From: Lama glama
Taxonomy: Eukaryota
Assembly (NCBI GenBank): GCA_028534125.1
Contig: CM052817.1
Location: 104,286,001 to 104,350,000 of the forward strand
DNA: 64,000 bases
Reading direction: 5' to 3'
Shown: piece after piece, positions 1-12,700 of the stretch
Layout: each line of letters opens with the position of its first letter
How positions within the stretch are numbered: the stretch's first letter is position 1
Made by a program: the position numbers and the translations under genes
Notes under the pieces: generated by a model
Database searches by the model: none
What the model saw: the letters and a program-made list of their open reading frames with translations, nothing else
Told to the model about the DNA's origin: nothing

Positions 1-624
1 AGTGGGTGTGCCGTGAGGCTCAAGATCTCCTGGAATTCGATCTTCTGCCATCTTGGTTCTAACCAGTGTGTCCTATCCTCATTGCCGTGTCATTCCTTCA
101 ATGGCTGTGCCCTGCCCCCTTCCCTCCTGTCTCACAAGCAAAAAGTGCTTAAGGATTTAAACCTTCACTATAAGTCACCTTATAGTTGTTCCCAGTTTCT
201 AACTTAACTCAAAAGTGGAGAGCCCATCTTGTCCTATCACTGATTTTACTATGAACAGTTACGTATTGGGCTCTGTATCAGTTAGCAGTCCCCATCCTAC
301 CGTCCAACAGGGAACCGCTCTCCAGCTGAGAAAGCTCACATCCTACTCAGAGAAATCAGAAGGTCCCCAGGACCTATTTCCATTTCATAGCAGTAAATCT
401 AATATAGTTATCTAATCTGCAGACTGTCTGGTCTAAAGACTTCCAAAATTCATCCCCAGCAGGCAGTCCTTGGTGGTGGCAAGGACTCAAAGTCTTCAAG
501 GACAATTCACAGGTATGTGTGAGCCCTTCAGAGCATCCAGGCAGGCGTCCAGAGTAGCAGCTGGTGTGAGTTTTAGGCATGCAAGTTATAGTCTTTTTGA
601 GGATCAAGGGAGTACTCTTGGAAA

Positions 625-658
625 ACACACACACACACACACGCACACACACACACAC
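625..658. repeat. (CA)n microsatellite
   Basis: Direct CA run with one CG interruption. Confidence 0.95.
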
Positions 659-3600
659 CCCATCCTAAGAAGCAAACAATTCTCAGGTTTATTGGAGCCA
701 CTGAGGAAGGGAAGCATACTTCTAACTACCCCTTCCTCCCCTTACTTGCAAGTTGTTCCTTTCATCATGGAGATGGGACTTCATTATTATTCTGGGGGGG
801 AAGAGTGTTCGGTCTTCAAGACTTCTATTCCTCAGTGACACGTAGTTAAAGAAATAGCCACATCTCTAAATTTTCTGATGGAAAAAAAATCTCTAAATTT
901 TTCAAATCTTTAGACAAGGACTCTTCTCAAGTCTCAAATTTGAGGGTGGTTTTCTAGATGAGTGGAGGTAGGGGAAGCTGTCTCTGTTCCGTGTATGTGG
1001 TGAAGAAGGGAGGCCTTGGCTGGGCTCCTGACTCCTACAGGGGGGGCAGAATTTTAGGAAGGAAAGAGTTGCAGAGGTAGACAGACAAGGTAGAGGCAGG
1101 CAACTGCATTTTTTTATATATGGAAAAAAGTTCTTATTTTAAGACTGAATCACATTAGACCTGGGGTGCTGTAAGATCCGTATAATAAGCTTCACCTGGA
1201 GAAACGGCCTTGGCTTTCAGCCCACTGGGCTGCACGGCTTCCAGGGGCACAGCTCACATGCTGTTTATGCGAAGAGCCCCTTGGAGCAGGGTGCCATTTA
1301 CACGGATTACAGTGGGGCCTCCTGGAGCCGTGTAACACAGCTGGTAGCCGCAAAAGCCTTTGGTGTAGAGAGAATTGTAATTTTCATGTAAATTATTTGG
1401 AACCGTATTTTCTTTGGAGAACTGTCCAGAATCAACCTTCTCCTTCGGCTGATGCTAAGTGAAACATCTTTCCTCAGAGTGTGGATAGTACTCATTGCCC
1501 TGCTTGTTCCCCAAAGTTGGTCTACTTGTGAGTTTCCCCTCTACCTCTAAGCTCCCGATCTCTTTCATCTCTTTACCTATAGTTGCAAGCCCAGTGTCTG
1601 GTGCAAAGGCAGTGTTTAATAAATGTTTCCTGCATCAAAAGTAAATTATTCTCTGTGATATATACCCAACTACCTTGCCTTTTTTTCTTCCTAATTTGGA
1701 TTTGCTGTCAATTTAGTTCACAGAGAATGCACTGTGCTCCTATTTATTAAATTAAATATCTGCTAAGAGCAGCATATTAAAAATTAAGCTTAGTTAAATC
1801 TCAATTTCCTGCGATCATCATAGAAGTTGCTCATTGCTGCATCTCATATTAGCTTGGTTCAGTGGTTAGACGGTAATTAACATGAATACTTAATGACCAC
1901 TTTCCTATTCTGATATATTGCTAATGATCCTTACAGTTTAAAGTGCATTAGGGTTAATTATAAATGTTCATAATTTGCCTCCCCTTCTGACTGACAGTAT
2001 GTTCTTACAGCTAAGAAAGTGATGAGTACCCCAGACCTGTGTGGGAAGAATGCTGGTCTGTGGAGGCTTGGCAAACAACATCACAAATTCTTCAGTTATC
2101 TCAAATCTATAGTCTAAACTATTTCCCAAATTTCCACTTGATCATCAATGTTGCAAAAATATCATTTCTAAGTGTGACCTGAAGTCTGAGTGTTGAGCGA
2201 TAACAGAAAGGAAGATACTGTCTTTGGCAGCCGTCACAGTCCCATAGCCACAGGAATTTGTGGGATGGGGCAGTTGAGTTCTTCCTTCTGTCCTCTCTCT
2301 CCCTTTCAACTCACCTGCACCTAAGCTGCTTTCTTGGCAGCCATTTACACACTAGTTTCATTCAGATAGGATTCTCTGACTCTCAAGGAGATGGTAAAGT
2401 GGGTGGAAGCATCTTATACTGAGCAAGTCATTAGGCAAAAACTTTTCTCCTATAATACTATGATGTGAATGCCCAAATGTAGTCATGTAACCATCATAGG
2501 GCTTTCTTATAGTCTCACATCATCTTCATTCATATATTAAAAAGCTGAAATGATGCTACGTAGATTGGTCTAGTCATTCCGTACATTTAACTTTCTGTGT
2601 AGAGGTTCCTATGAATATGTCTTAGTTTAATGATGAGCTTTCCAATCTTCCAGGGCCACAGTCATGTATTGTGTTCCTTTTCCATTTTCCCATAATGGAC
2701 TGGACAGTATAGTGCCCAATGTAGAAGAGTCAATGACTATTATGAACTCATTACTAAGGTAAAAGGAGTGCAAGTATTTTAACTTGTTGGATTATTTAAC
2801 CATACTACATCAGCAGGGCTAAACCAAAATTGAAGAGCTCTGTCATGATGACTTCAGCCAAACAGTTCAGAAATGGCTTGCACAAGCCACCTTCAGGGAG
2901 GACGTCTAAGATCAAAAGGGGCATGCATTCACCCTGGCTCTGAGCAAATAAGTTTACAGATCCAAAAATTATCAAGTCAGAAAGATCCTAGTTATTCGTG
3001 GGTTTTAAAATTCTTGAGAATATTGTATTGACTTTGACTCGAATCAAAAATGAAAATAATCCTCCTTTTCTGGCATTTCCACGCTGACTTTAGTTCCTTC
3101 AGTATAGTAGGGGCTCAAGAGATACTTATGGATTAATGTTGACTGAATAGGGAAGAATATAGCTCTGACCACCGCCACCACCACAAGCGAAGGCTGCAAA
3201 TGACATGAAACGGTCTTATTTAATCTCAGAAGCTAAATGGGAAATAAGAAATTGGCTGCTTTTAAAAACGCATTCCAGAATGAGTACTGATGATATAATT
3301 TCATGGGTCCCTTTACTACGCTTTTTATTCATGGGTGAATTCAACACTTTATTATAAGTACTAAAGTGATATTTAATTATAGAGTTAAAACTTTAAAAAC
3401 GGCAAATGACTTACAAGTAGAACATTTGTTTGCACTTGATTAAACTATTTTGGTCATTATGTATCATTTCACTCCCTGCCTTTGAATAAAGATCCTCATT
3501 TTCATTTACTCTTAGCACACTTCAAGAAATGTAATTAAAAACTGATGACTAGCCAAGATACAGTGTACCAGGAATGTGGAAATATTTACTTTCTGTGGAA

Positions 3601-4949
3601 TGCAAATTAGTTGAAGATGCAGATTTTGTATAACATAGATAAGAGTTTTCAATAAGATCTCAAGCAATGGGTTTGAAAGGGTAAGCATTAATAATTTGTT
3701 GCTCGTTCAAACAGTTGTTTTGAAGCATTCCTCCACTTTCCTGCACCTCAGAAGAATGATTTACTCATATTAGATTGCCAGTTTTATTAAAAAGCCATTC
3801 CATTGAGTATCTTAAGACTTAATTTAGTGAAAGTTTTTTTAAAAAATAATTTCCTATTTACATCATTCAGATCCATTTAACTTGAGTATTTTGTCATGTA
3901 GAGTAATAACTCATCAATCCGTTAGTGCAACTTTTCCTAATGTTACTTTTGTTAGTCCTATGAAATGTGCTATTTTGAATCCCTGAAATGTTATAAGCCA
4001 CCAGATTGCTAATTGCTTTGGATGCTGTGAAAAATAATTACTCCACATTATTTTTGATATTTAATTGACAGTATAATGCATTTAACTAAAGACCTACAAT
4101 AAACTATTTCTAATTACTGAGGGTGGTGGAGTGGAAAACTAGGCTGTAAAACTTTACAAGGAAACGATGTTTTCTTCATTACATTAAAAGTCGTTGTTGG
4201 TATAACTTTTTCAGAGACAAAAAAAAAAAAAATCCCCCAAATGGGAAGTTCTGGAAAGCTAGAAAGAGTTGTGGAATAGTTTTACTCATGATCTAGTAAG
4301 GAGAATTTTTTTAAATTATCATTTTAGTAGATTTCACTCGTGATGGATGTCATATACTAAATTTACCATGCTAGCACTAAAATTTCTCCCTCTTTAGTTG
4401 GCAGAACTTTATGAGGGAGATAATCGGGCCACTGCCAGAAGGAGTGATTTTTATCACTGGCCTGTGTTCAACACATTCTGCATCTGTAGGACATTCAGCT
4501 GAAAAGCAATGCCAAATTTTAGATGCCATTGAAATATGTAGATGTATCAGGAGCTGGATCTGTTCTTGGCTCCCAAGAGAGGAACTTTTTGTTAGAAACT
4601 GATCCTTGCAAATAACACTTAGAACCCAATGCGAGGAATTCCCACCACCTCGAAGTGTCACAAATGGGGGCGTAAAACGTCAGGTCCTTTGAGTAGCTGT
4701 GTACTGTTTCCATTGCCGCGTGGCTCTGAGCTTATTCATAATCAGCAGTGTTCTTTTACTCCTCCGCATCACCCCCGGTAAAATGAAATGTCTCCACTGG
4801 TTATTTCATTAAATTGCTTATTTAATTTCATCTTGTAGATTTTTTCCAAAAACAGACAACTGCAACAAGTGACCTGTTTCAGGGAATGTAAATTATTTTC
4901 AGAATTTCAGAAATTGAAAAGGGATAAGAGGAAGGAGAAAATGCTGGGC

Positions 4950-5140
4950 TGGTGTGAAGCGATAGCCCGTAACCCTCGCAGGATCCCCAACAGCACGCGG
5001 ACCCCCGAGGGCTCGGAGGAGTGGGCGGACGCCGCGCAAACGTCCACACTGGTGAGTGCAGCCATCGCCCCGCGAGTGGCTTGTGCGCGAATGGATGCTG
5101 AGGGAACGGGGAGGGAGGGCTCTCTAAGGAAACACGACTC
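4950..5140 (+). promoter_or_regulatory. Small CpG/GC-rich patch; possible weak promoter or first exon
   Basis: Dense CpGs (cacgcgg, gacgccgcgc, cccgcga, tgcgcga) and a GGGCGG box in an AT-rich background, plus a consensus donor CTG|GTGAGT near 5051. Function is inferred. Confidence 0.4.
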
Positions 5141-5509
5141 TGCTTTACAAAAGTCCTTGCACAGATGCTACAGTGTTCCTACAGATGCAGTTTAACTAAT
5201 GGGTATTAATAAATACAGCTTCATTTCCTACCGTTTAGAGTTCAATTCAGAATTAAAGAACAATGTCTTTTTCTTTCTGTTTCTTCAGACATCGCCCTTC
5301 CATTATGTCAGTGACCTTAGAGGGATAGTTAATGTTTCCACCTTCGATTCTATGTTTTGTAGTGGAATCAATGGAGGAAAACAAGCAGAGTTATCCAAAA
5401 ATAATGCCTGCGTGCTGTGTTTTCCTGTATAGATTCAAAAAATCTCTGAAAAAGGAAATCAGAAATTTTCATTTTCATATAAAATTGTGAATCAAATAAT
5501 TACAAAAAT

Positions 5510-5814
5510 GATTTGCAGACCAAATCAATGGTATGTTCTTTCTTGTCTTGTTTTCAGTTTACATTAGTTATATTTTAATTACTGATTTGCCATTTTTTTT
5601 GAGAACATAAGCATTTTCATTAGCCTGATCTATCCGTTGATGAACATATAATTAAGTATAAACGAAGACTTTTGGTTAATTGTTTACTTTTGAGTTATTC
5701 GATAATTTCTATTATTTTACGTAGAAACTATGATCTTGAGCAAACATAATTAAGTCAATTTCAGGAGAAATCATTGGAAGGACTAGGCGTAGAAGTGGGA
5801 ATCCTGCTTAATTC
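5510..5814 (+). repeat. Local direct duplication, copy A (partner 6498-6808)
   Basis: Both copies start with an identical 20-mer, gatttgcagaccaaatcaat, and stay collinear through ...gcttaattc. Confidence 0.9.
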
Positions 5815-6204
5815 TATTGTCTTAGACTGTTGGGAGAGGGCTAAGGGTATGAAGAGATCATGCGATGTGATTGGACAAAGTTCTAGGGACTACATTCTCT
5901 GAAACTACTGTCTGCAACGTTGCATCTCACTCTGATACGATCTTCCGTAAATTACTATTTTCAGTAAAACCACTTGGCATGAGTTAACACCATTGAAACA
6001 CATCTTTTGCACAACATTTCTACATAAAGCTGGACCTCGTAAGTATCACACAATAACTAAAATTTGAAAAAAAAATGTTACTCCTATGCTCTCATTAGAG
6101 TGGCTTTAGTGCTTAAATTCCTATTTCATAGAACCATATGTCAAAACCATAAAAGTCTCGAACAAACATTTGGATTGGCTTTCTCTTATAATTTTGGGTA
6201 ATCT

Positions 6205-6350
6205 AATATTAGCTTCATTTTACAAGTGCATACTATGACCCAGAGAAATTAAGTGACTTTCCCAGTGTCACTTAGCTAGTAAATGTCACTTCTAAGATTG
6301 CTAGAATCCTGGCTTCTCAAGGCAAGGCCTTTTCTGCTACACTACACTGT
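6205..6350 (-). mobile_element. MIR SINE fragment
   Basis: cattttacaag...cagagaaattaagtgactttcccagtgtcac matches the antisense MIR core. Confidence 0.7.
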
Positions 6351-6497
6351 CTCACTTTCTTAATGACATTTCTTTCCATTCAAATACTTTTAGTAAAAAG
6401 AAAAAGACATCAGTTACCAACTTAATTAAATCCAGTAATTAATCTAATTTTAAAATCTAATGCTGTATCGAGACAATAACCTCCAGCCACTGTAAAC

Positions 6498-6808
6498 GAT
6501 TTGCAGACCAAATCAATAATACACTTTCTTGTTTTGTTTTAAATTGACGTGTTAAATTTTAATTACTGTTTTACCATTTGATAAGAACACAAGAGCTTTC
6601 ATCAGCCTGATTTATTTATTGATGAACACATAATTAAATATAAGCAACAGTTTTCTGTTTTTTTTTTTACTTTTATTTGATAATTTCTATTACTTTACAT
6701 AGAAACAGTGATCCTGAGCAAACATCATTGAGTGAATTTCAAGAGAAACTATTGCAAGGATTAGGTTTTCAACTGACAAAACATAGACATGAAAATCTTG
6801 CTTAATTC
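6498..6808 (+). repeat. Local direct duplication, copy B (partner 5510-5814)
   Basis: Shared blocks with copy A include ttttaattactg, agcctgat, ttgatgaaca, gataatttctatta, tgagcaaacat and gcttaattc. Confidence 0.9.
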
Positions 6809-6849
6809 CCCCAAATCTCAATGGGGGGCGGGCAGAGATACTTTGTTCA

Positions 6850-8530
6850 ACCAAGAAAGTTTAGTTTCTTAACATAGAAAAATAAAGTATTTCTTATGTC
6901 CTAGCCGATGGGTTCAGGGCAGCTCTCTTTGGAGGTTCACTACTGAGAAATTAAAGACTCTTTTCATCTTTTGATGCTGCCTTCTTAAGCACACAGTCTC
7001 TTAAGTCACTGAGAAAAAGGAAGAGACTATGTGGGCCACTGGGCATGAGCTATTATGAAGTGAACTTGAATGTGTAGACATCTTTCCATCGGCCAAACCC
7101 TAATCTCATTCCTTCACCTGAACTGCAAGGGAGGCTGAGAAATATTGGAAGTCACGTGGCCAGGAAAAATCAAATGGAATCAGTGGACATCTAGACCCTC
7201 TCTGCCTTGGTCCACCTTTCTGGTCACCAAATAGTCACATCATTTTTCCAGTCTCTCATGAAAAGGATTATTACTTTCCAAGGGAGACAACTAAAAATTC
7301 TTTTAGTGATTGGATTCCATTCAAGCTCGTGATCTCTGGTCATTCATTGTCCTCATCTAATGATGATGATGGTGAATCACCTATATTTTGCAACCAGCCC
7401 TCAACATACATGTATACCCAATGGGCAGGAGGGGAGTAAGAAAAGGGATATCACAATAAACACTCATGTTTGGAGGAAGAAGGACTCAGATGCACATGGA
7501 AGTCAGTGATGAAATTGTGTTGGACAGACATTATCAAGACTCCCTAACCCAGAAGTCAGAGAGGATCTTTGAACTGGCTTTGACTCTGCTCCCTGGGAGG
7601 CACCCCTTGTCCATGAGAAGTTCTCTCTAGCCTATGGATGTGCCTCCTGGAAAGTTCCTTCATTTCTGTTATGCTCTTTGTCCACGTTTGAAGTGAGGAT
7701 TGAAATATGTATAATCTTAATAGATTTTTTCCTGTTTGGAGAAAATTATGAGGCCAAGTGTTGTTTTAAGTCTTGAGTATTTCAAGGCTTATTCTTCTGG
7801 AATCATGGTATTTTAGTACAGTCCTTTGAAATCCTCATAGGGTCCTGATCTGTTTGCCTCCTGATCGTGAGTAGGGAAGTTTTTTTCTCAGAGGCCCTTG
7901 ATTTCCAGTTCTCCATGACACTCTCTCAAGATGGCCTTACCTTGAAAACTAGGCAGAAGGACCACATCCTTAACCTGATCTTTGTCAAGAGATATTTTGT
8001 TCAACTGAGAGGGTCCATTAGGTGTCAGCTTGGAATGTCCTATTAGCCTTGGGTCACTTTGTTCAAATGTGATTTTTCGTCAGACCTTTGTTACTCAACA
8101 CTCACCTCAATGTCAAGTTCACCAGTTAGGGTTTAGAAGCAGCTGATTCCAGTAACTGGGTCTGATAAACCCTGAAATTTCTGGATTCTCTCTACGTCTG
8201 GTCAGACCTGCTTTCACACCAGCTGGTTAGTTCCTGAGCTCGTGTTTCTCCTGTAACACCTTGCTGAATGTATACAATAATCATCAACATACATTATTGA
8301 ATTTGCTTTTCGGTCTATTTTGAGTGTTGCCAGCCCAGCAGGCCCACTGTCTGCCTCTCAAATTAGTTCAAACAGGTTTGCCAAGAGTTTTGCCCAAACA
8401 TCATGCAGATCAATGGCTTTCTACCTTTGAAATCAGTTTCCTCGTTCCCCATTGCCCCAACTTTAAACAAACACCACGTATTTTAGGTTTTTGTTGTAGT
8501 AGCACAGGTGTTGGCTACCAATTTCTGCAC
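6850..8530 (-). mobile_element. Ancient MaLR (MLT1J/K-like) LTR plus internal region
   Basis: LTR motif aactgcaagggaggctgagaaat near 7120. The antisense MLT1-int start, ggtttttgttgtagtagcac...ggctaccaatttctg, is at ~8485-8528. Confidence 0.65.
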
Positions 8531-8544
8531 TTGGATTGTTAGAA

Positions 8545-8760
8545 AAATTGGGGTGCAGTCAGGAAAACAGAAGTTGGTAATTTCAACAGAGAATCGAATA
8601 TTACAAATTATTTAATCTGTTATTGGAAGACTGAGAAAGTCCAAAAGGTGTATGACGTTAGTAACTGCAAGAAGCAACAATCTCCTATCCAGAGGGGTAC
8701 CCAGGGAGGAAGCTAGCGTAACTTGAACCTGAAAGGCTCCTCACAGCTGCACCCCAGCTC
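8545..8760 (-). mobile_element. Ancient ERVL-class LTR fragment (family uncertain)
   Basis: cagtcaggaaaacagaa...atttcaacagaga...tagtaactgcaagaagca resembles old eutherian LTR termini, recalled from memory. Confidence 0.4.
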
Positions 8761-10480
8761 TGGGGGTTTGTTAGAAGATGCACCTTAGTCCCTGTTACGA
8801 GGAATAAAGTGTCGCCTTTGGAATAAAGTAGAGAAAGACAAGAAATGAGCAGGGTTTCATTGACCAAAGTGAACGGAGACTCACATGTATCTGAAAATAG
8901 TTACATAAGTATGAAGACATGTTGGTTTATTTTTTGTTTTCTGCACTAGGATATAAGATGAAAAGGGAATATCCGTCCTGTTTACTGCCGTCTCCCTGGT
9001 GTTTGGAACATAATAGGGACTTAATAAAATTTGTAGACTGGATAAACAGCTTGAGCAAAGAGCACGAACTGAGTGAAAGGGAGGTTGTTTTTTTGTTTAT
9101 AAAATTCTATCTAGTACAATATCTCCTATTAAATCCCTTCTTATCAGAAATACCTTATGCCTTAAAATATGGAAGAACCCATTGTAAAGATCAATTAATT
9201 CTGAGATGGTTTCTGTGACAAAAATACATAGTTAAATTTTGGAAACTGAAATCGTGATTATACAAAGTACATTCTGTTGTAATAAGGTTCTCCTTTGGTA
9301 AGGATTTAAAATATCACAGGTGGTTTCCCCCGTGCACGAGACAATGACATGTAAAAGGGTCCTTACTGAGAAAACACATTTACCGAGGAATACCTGCCGG
9401 AATCATAGTCCTCGTTCTCTCCCCAGTTATTTCCTTAGTCTATTTTCAGTCTTACCAGGCTGAAGGAAGTCACCCATCTGCCTACAGCAGAAGGACTCGT
9501 ATCACCCCACAAACATAACCTCTCTTAGAAACCAAATAAAAGGTAAACAGAAAGTGGAGTCTGGGGGTATTAAATTTCTCATTAAACCTGTTGACTCATT
9601 TTCAACAGGCTCACTGATTTCTTTCCATCCCTGAGCAAGTGGGCCGCTGGATCCTTGTGCAATGGCCTTTGTACATTCTGAAAATAAATCGTCAGGGCAC
9701 ATAGAGTTGGCAGGGTTTTTTTAACCTCATTTTCTTCCCTCCTTTTGGTTCTTTCCATTTGATCATTTATCAGTTACTGTTTTTAATCACTATTACAAAG
9801 CCTACTTTACTAGGTCTTGCCAAAGGCAATAGTGACTGAAATCTAAATTTTTATTAGAATAACTATAAAAAGTAAGTGAGGGATCTTGAATAAAAGACAT
9901 TATGCCTTTCAAGAGCTTTGGTTTTTGTAAGAAAGTAAATCATTAACAATATATCCCCATGGTTGTTATGGAAACATGGAACTGAAGAATGCAGAAAGGG
10001 AGACTGGTGCTTCAAACATCATACCACGAGGAAAAATTACATGCACCGAGTCTCTTGGAGTAGTGCGTTAACTTTAATTGTATAGCTACTGAACAATGTC
10101 AAAACATGATTATTCACAATAGGAATGATTGATCTAAATTGTTCCTCGCAGGAAGTGATCTTTTCCTCTACGGAGTAAATCAGATTATGTTCAGAGCTGT
10201 TCTTTATCAAAATGTGTCATGTCTGTCGGTTTAAGTTAGATATAAATTAAATTGTGAGCACCTCAGAAAGATGTTTGATTCTCAATAGTTGTTTAATTCT
10301 GCTATCTCTACAGTCTTCAGAGCACACTGGTTTTCCAGTGCCCTGTTTAATTATCTGAGACCCAGTGGGCAGCATTGTGTACCCTGATGGGAGGGGCCTC
10401 CTGTGTGTGTAGAACTGAGGGGTCTTCTGTCTCTGGACTCACAAATGACATGGGTGGCAAAGGTTTCTTCTTTGTGGAGT

Positions 10481-10500
10481 TGTGTGTGTGTGTGTGTGTG
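10481..10500. repeat. (TG)n microsatellite
   Basis: Direct TG run. Confidence 0.95.
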
Positions 10501-10734
10501 GGAGTGTTCTCATACTTTATAGAAAGGACAAATGGACGTGATATATGTCAAGTCAGCTTGTTTTAACCTCAGAATAAACATTGTACCTGGAAGTAAGTGG
10601 AATCTCTTAGATTTCCAGAATACCAAACCAGAGCTATTTCTCTGCAACAATCTTCTCAAGAGATGAATAGAATAGAGTTCTCAGATACACTTACATCTCA
10701 AAGCACTGTTACTAATAATCCAGCAAGAGTATTT

Positions 10735-11272
10735 ATTTTATTGTATTTGTATTTAATTATAATCATTTACAATGTTGTGTTAACTTCAGGTGTCTAGCAT
10801 AGTGATTCATTAAACCTATATATTATATATATATATATATATATATTCCTTATATTCTTTTTCATTATAGGCTATTAAAAACTATTGAATATAGTTCCCT
10901 GTGCTATACAGTAGAACCTTGTTATTAATCTATTTTATATATAGTAGTTAGTATCTGCAAATCTCGAACTCCCAATTTATCTCTTCCTATCTTCTTTGCC
11001 CCCGGTAAGCATAAGTTTGTTTTCTATGTCTGTGAGTGTTTCTGTTTTGTAGATAAGTTTGTGTCTTTTTTATTTAGATTCCACATGTAAGTAATATCAT
11101 ATGCTATTTTTCTTTCTCTTTCTGGCTTATTTCACTTAGAATGATGATCTCAGGTCCATCCACGTTGTTGCAAATGGCATTATTTTATTCCTTTTTATGG
11201 CCGAGTAGTATTCCATTGTATAAATATACCACAACTTTATCTGGTCATCTGTTGATGGACATTTAGGTTGCT
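10735..11272 (-). mobile_element. 5'-truncated L1 3' end (lineage-specific)
   Basis: Antisense L1 3'UTR (gttccctgtgctatacagtag; tcacttagaatgatgatctcaggtccatcc). TSD aagagtattt at 10725-10734 and 11281-11290. Contains an internal (TA)n run. Confidence 0.92.
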
Positions 11273-11734
11273 AACACAATAAGAGTATTTTTAACGCCTG
11301 TTCTAAGCTGAGGAGTTAAGACGTGTATCTCAAAATGTCATGGTGACCCTAAAAGCAGGCATTGCTGTTCTCATGACACAGCCAGAGAAACAGAGGTTCT
11401 GGAAGATTAGAAAAATGCCAGAACAGGAATCCAGAGCTCTGTGCTACTTCACAGAGGGTACTTTGTTCCTGTAAATATTTGACAGACAGTTACATGCTGT
11501 GATATGATGATGCTCAACCTAGAACACCTACTCTGCTAATTCACCAGTACAGTCATTGCACTGCCTGAGGGATGGATCATTTAGCATCCAGGGCTGTGTA
11601 CCATTGAGTTACCGCTGGGGACTCGGGAGCTGTCTGTTATCGTGGAATGAAATAGGGACTAAACAAACACTGGGGAAATGAGTGATTGTGAACTATTTGG
11701 ATCACAGGTACCGCCCAGCTTAGTGTGTATCTTC

Positions 11735-11990
11735 ATTTATTCATGTAGCTGCTCTCTATTGAGGGTTAGCTGTGAGTGAGGCACTGCACTATGCAATAAA
11801 TATATCATATTGAAAAAAAAAAAAGACAGTCCTTATCCTCAAGAATCTAGTGAAGAAAACAAATAAAAGGTCAAGAGTAGGGCAGCATGAGGAGCAAACA
11901 CAGGCTGTAAGAAGACCCCTTGGGTGACCCTGGCCTGGCTGTAGACGTTCCAGGTGTTCTCTGAAGACCACTGAGAGGTGGGGGCACGAA
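11735..11990 (-). mobile_element. L2 3' fragment
   Basis: cttcatttattc...ggcactgcacta...aagacagtccttatcctcaagaatctag is an antisense L2 3' pattern. Confidence 0.55.
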
Positions 11991-12534
11991 GAGGGTGGAG
12001 ATAAGGAGGGGCCGGGGAGGAGCACTCCATGACCCTGGAGAAACCATTTATCATGTGAAAATTAAACCCCGTATTGCGTTTCCTTTTAAAGACACATCTA
12101 TTTAATGGAGTTAGTAAACAGAACCATCTTCAGGAATTGAGTTAGAGAAATACTCTTGACCTAACACAAGACTGTGTTTCTATCGGTAGTGGAATTAACT
12201 CATTTCCACTTAATTTATATACTTGTATACATATATGCATTTATATTTTACATGTAGTATATATAGTGTTCTCTAAGTGGTTTATATATATATATATGTG
12301 TGTATATGTAATTACTCAGTATCTTTGTATATTTTATTCAGCCTTAATATCCAACCTTACATCTGCAGGCTGTAATAATTGAGTGGCCACATGGAGGGGG
12401 TTCCCTTGGGAGAACAATGAGCCTTCCTGGTGAACAGTGAGGACGAGCTATGTGTCAAAACGCCTCCTTTGGGAAGGAAACAAGTCCATGGAAGTGTATT
12501 TGTATTGGCTCACAGTGGGAAAATCATCCCACAA

Positions 12535-12700
12535 AAGCTATCGTTTGTTGAATACATACTGTGTCCTGGGCACAGGTCTAAGCACCGGACATTTTAACAA
12601 CCCATTTAATCCTTACTGCAGCAGAGGAAAGAGGTAACTTGCCCAAGTTTATCCTGCTAGTAAATCTAATTTTTGAATCTCTGCCCTAATACACTTCCCT
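12535..12700 (-). mobile_element. MIR fragment
   Basis: ttgaatacatactgtgtcctgggcac...catttaatcct...ggtaacttgcccaag. Confidence 0.7.

Noticed and set aside
4869..5195. 108-aa ORF across the CpG patch
   Set aside because: GTG start and no recognisable homology. GC-rich tracts are naturally poor in stop codons.
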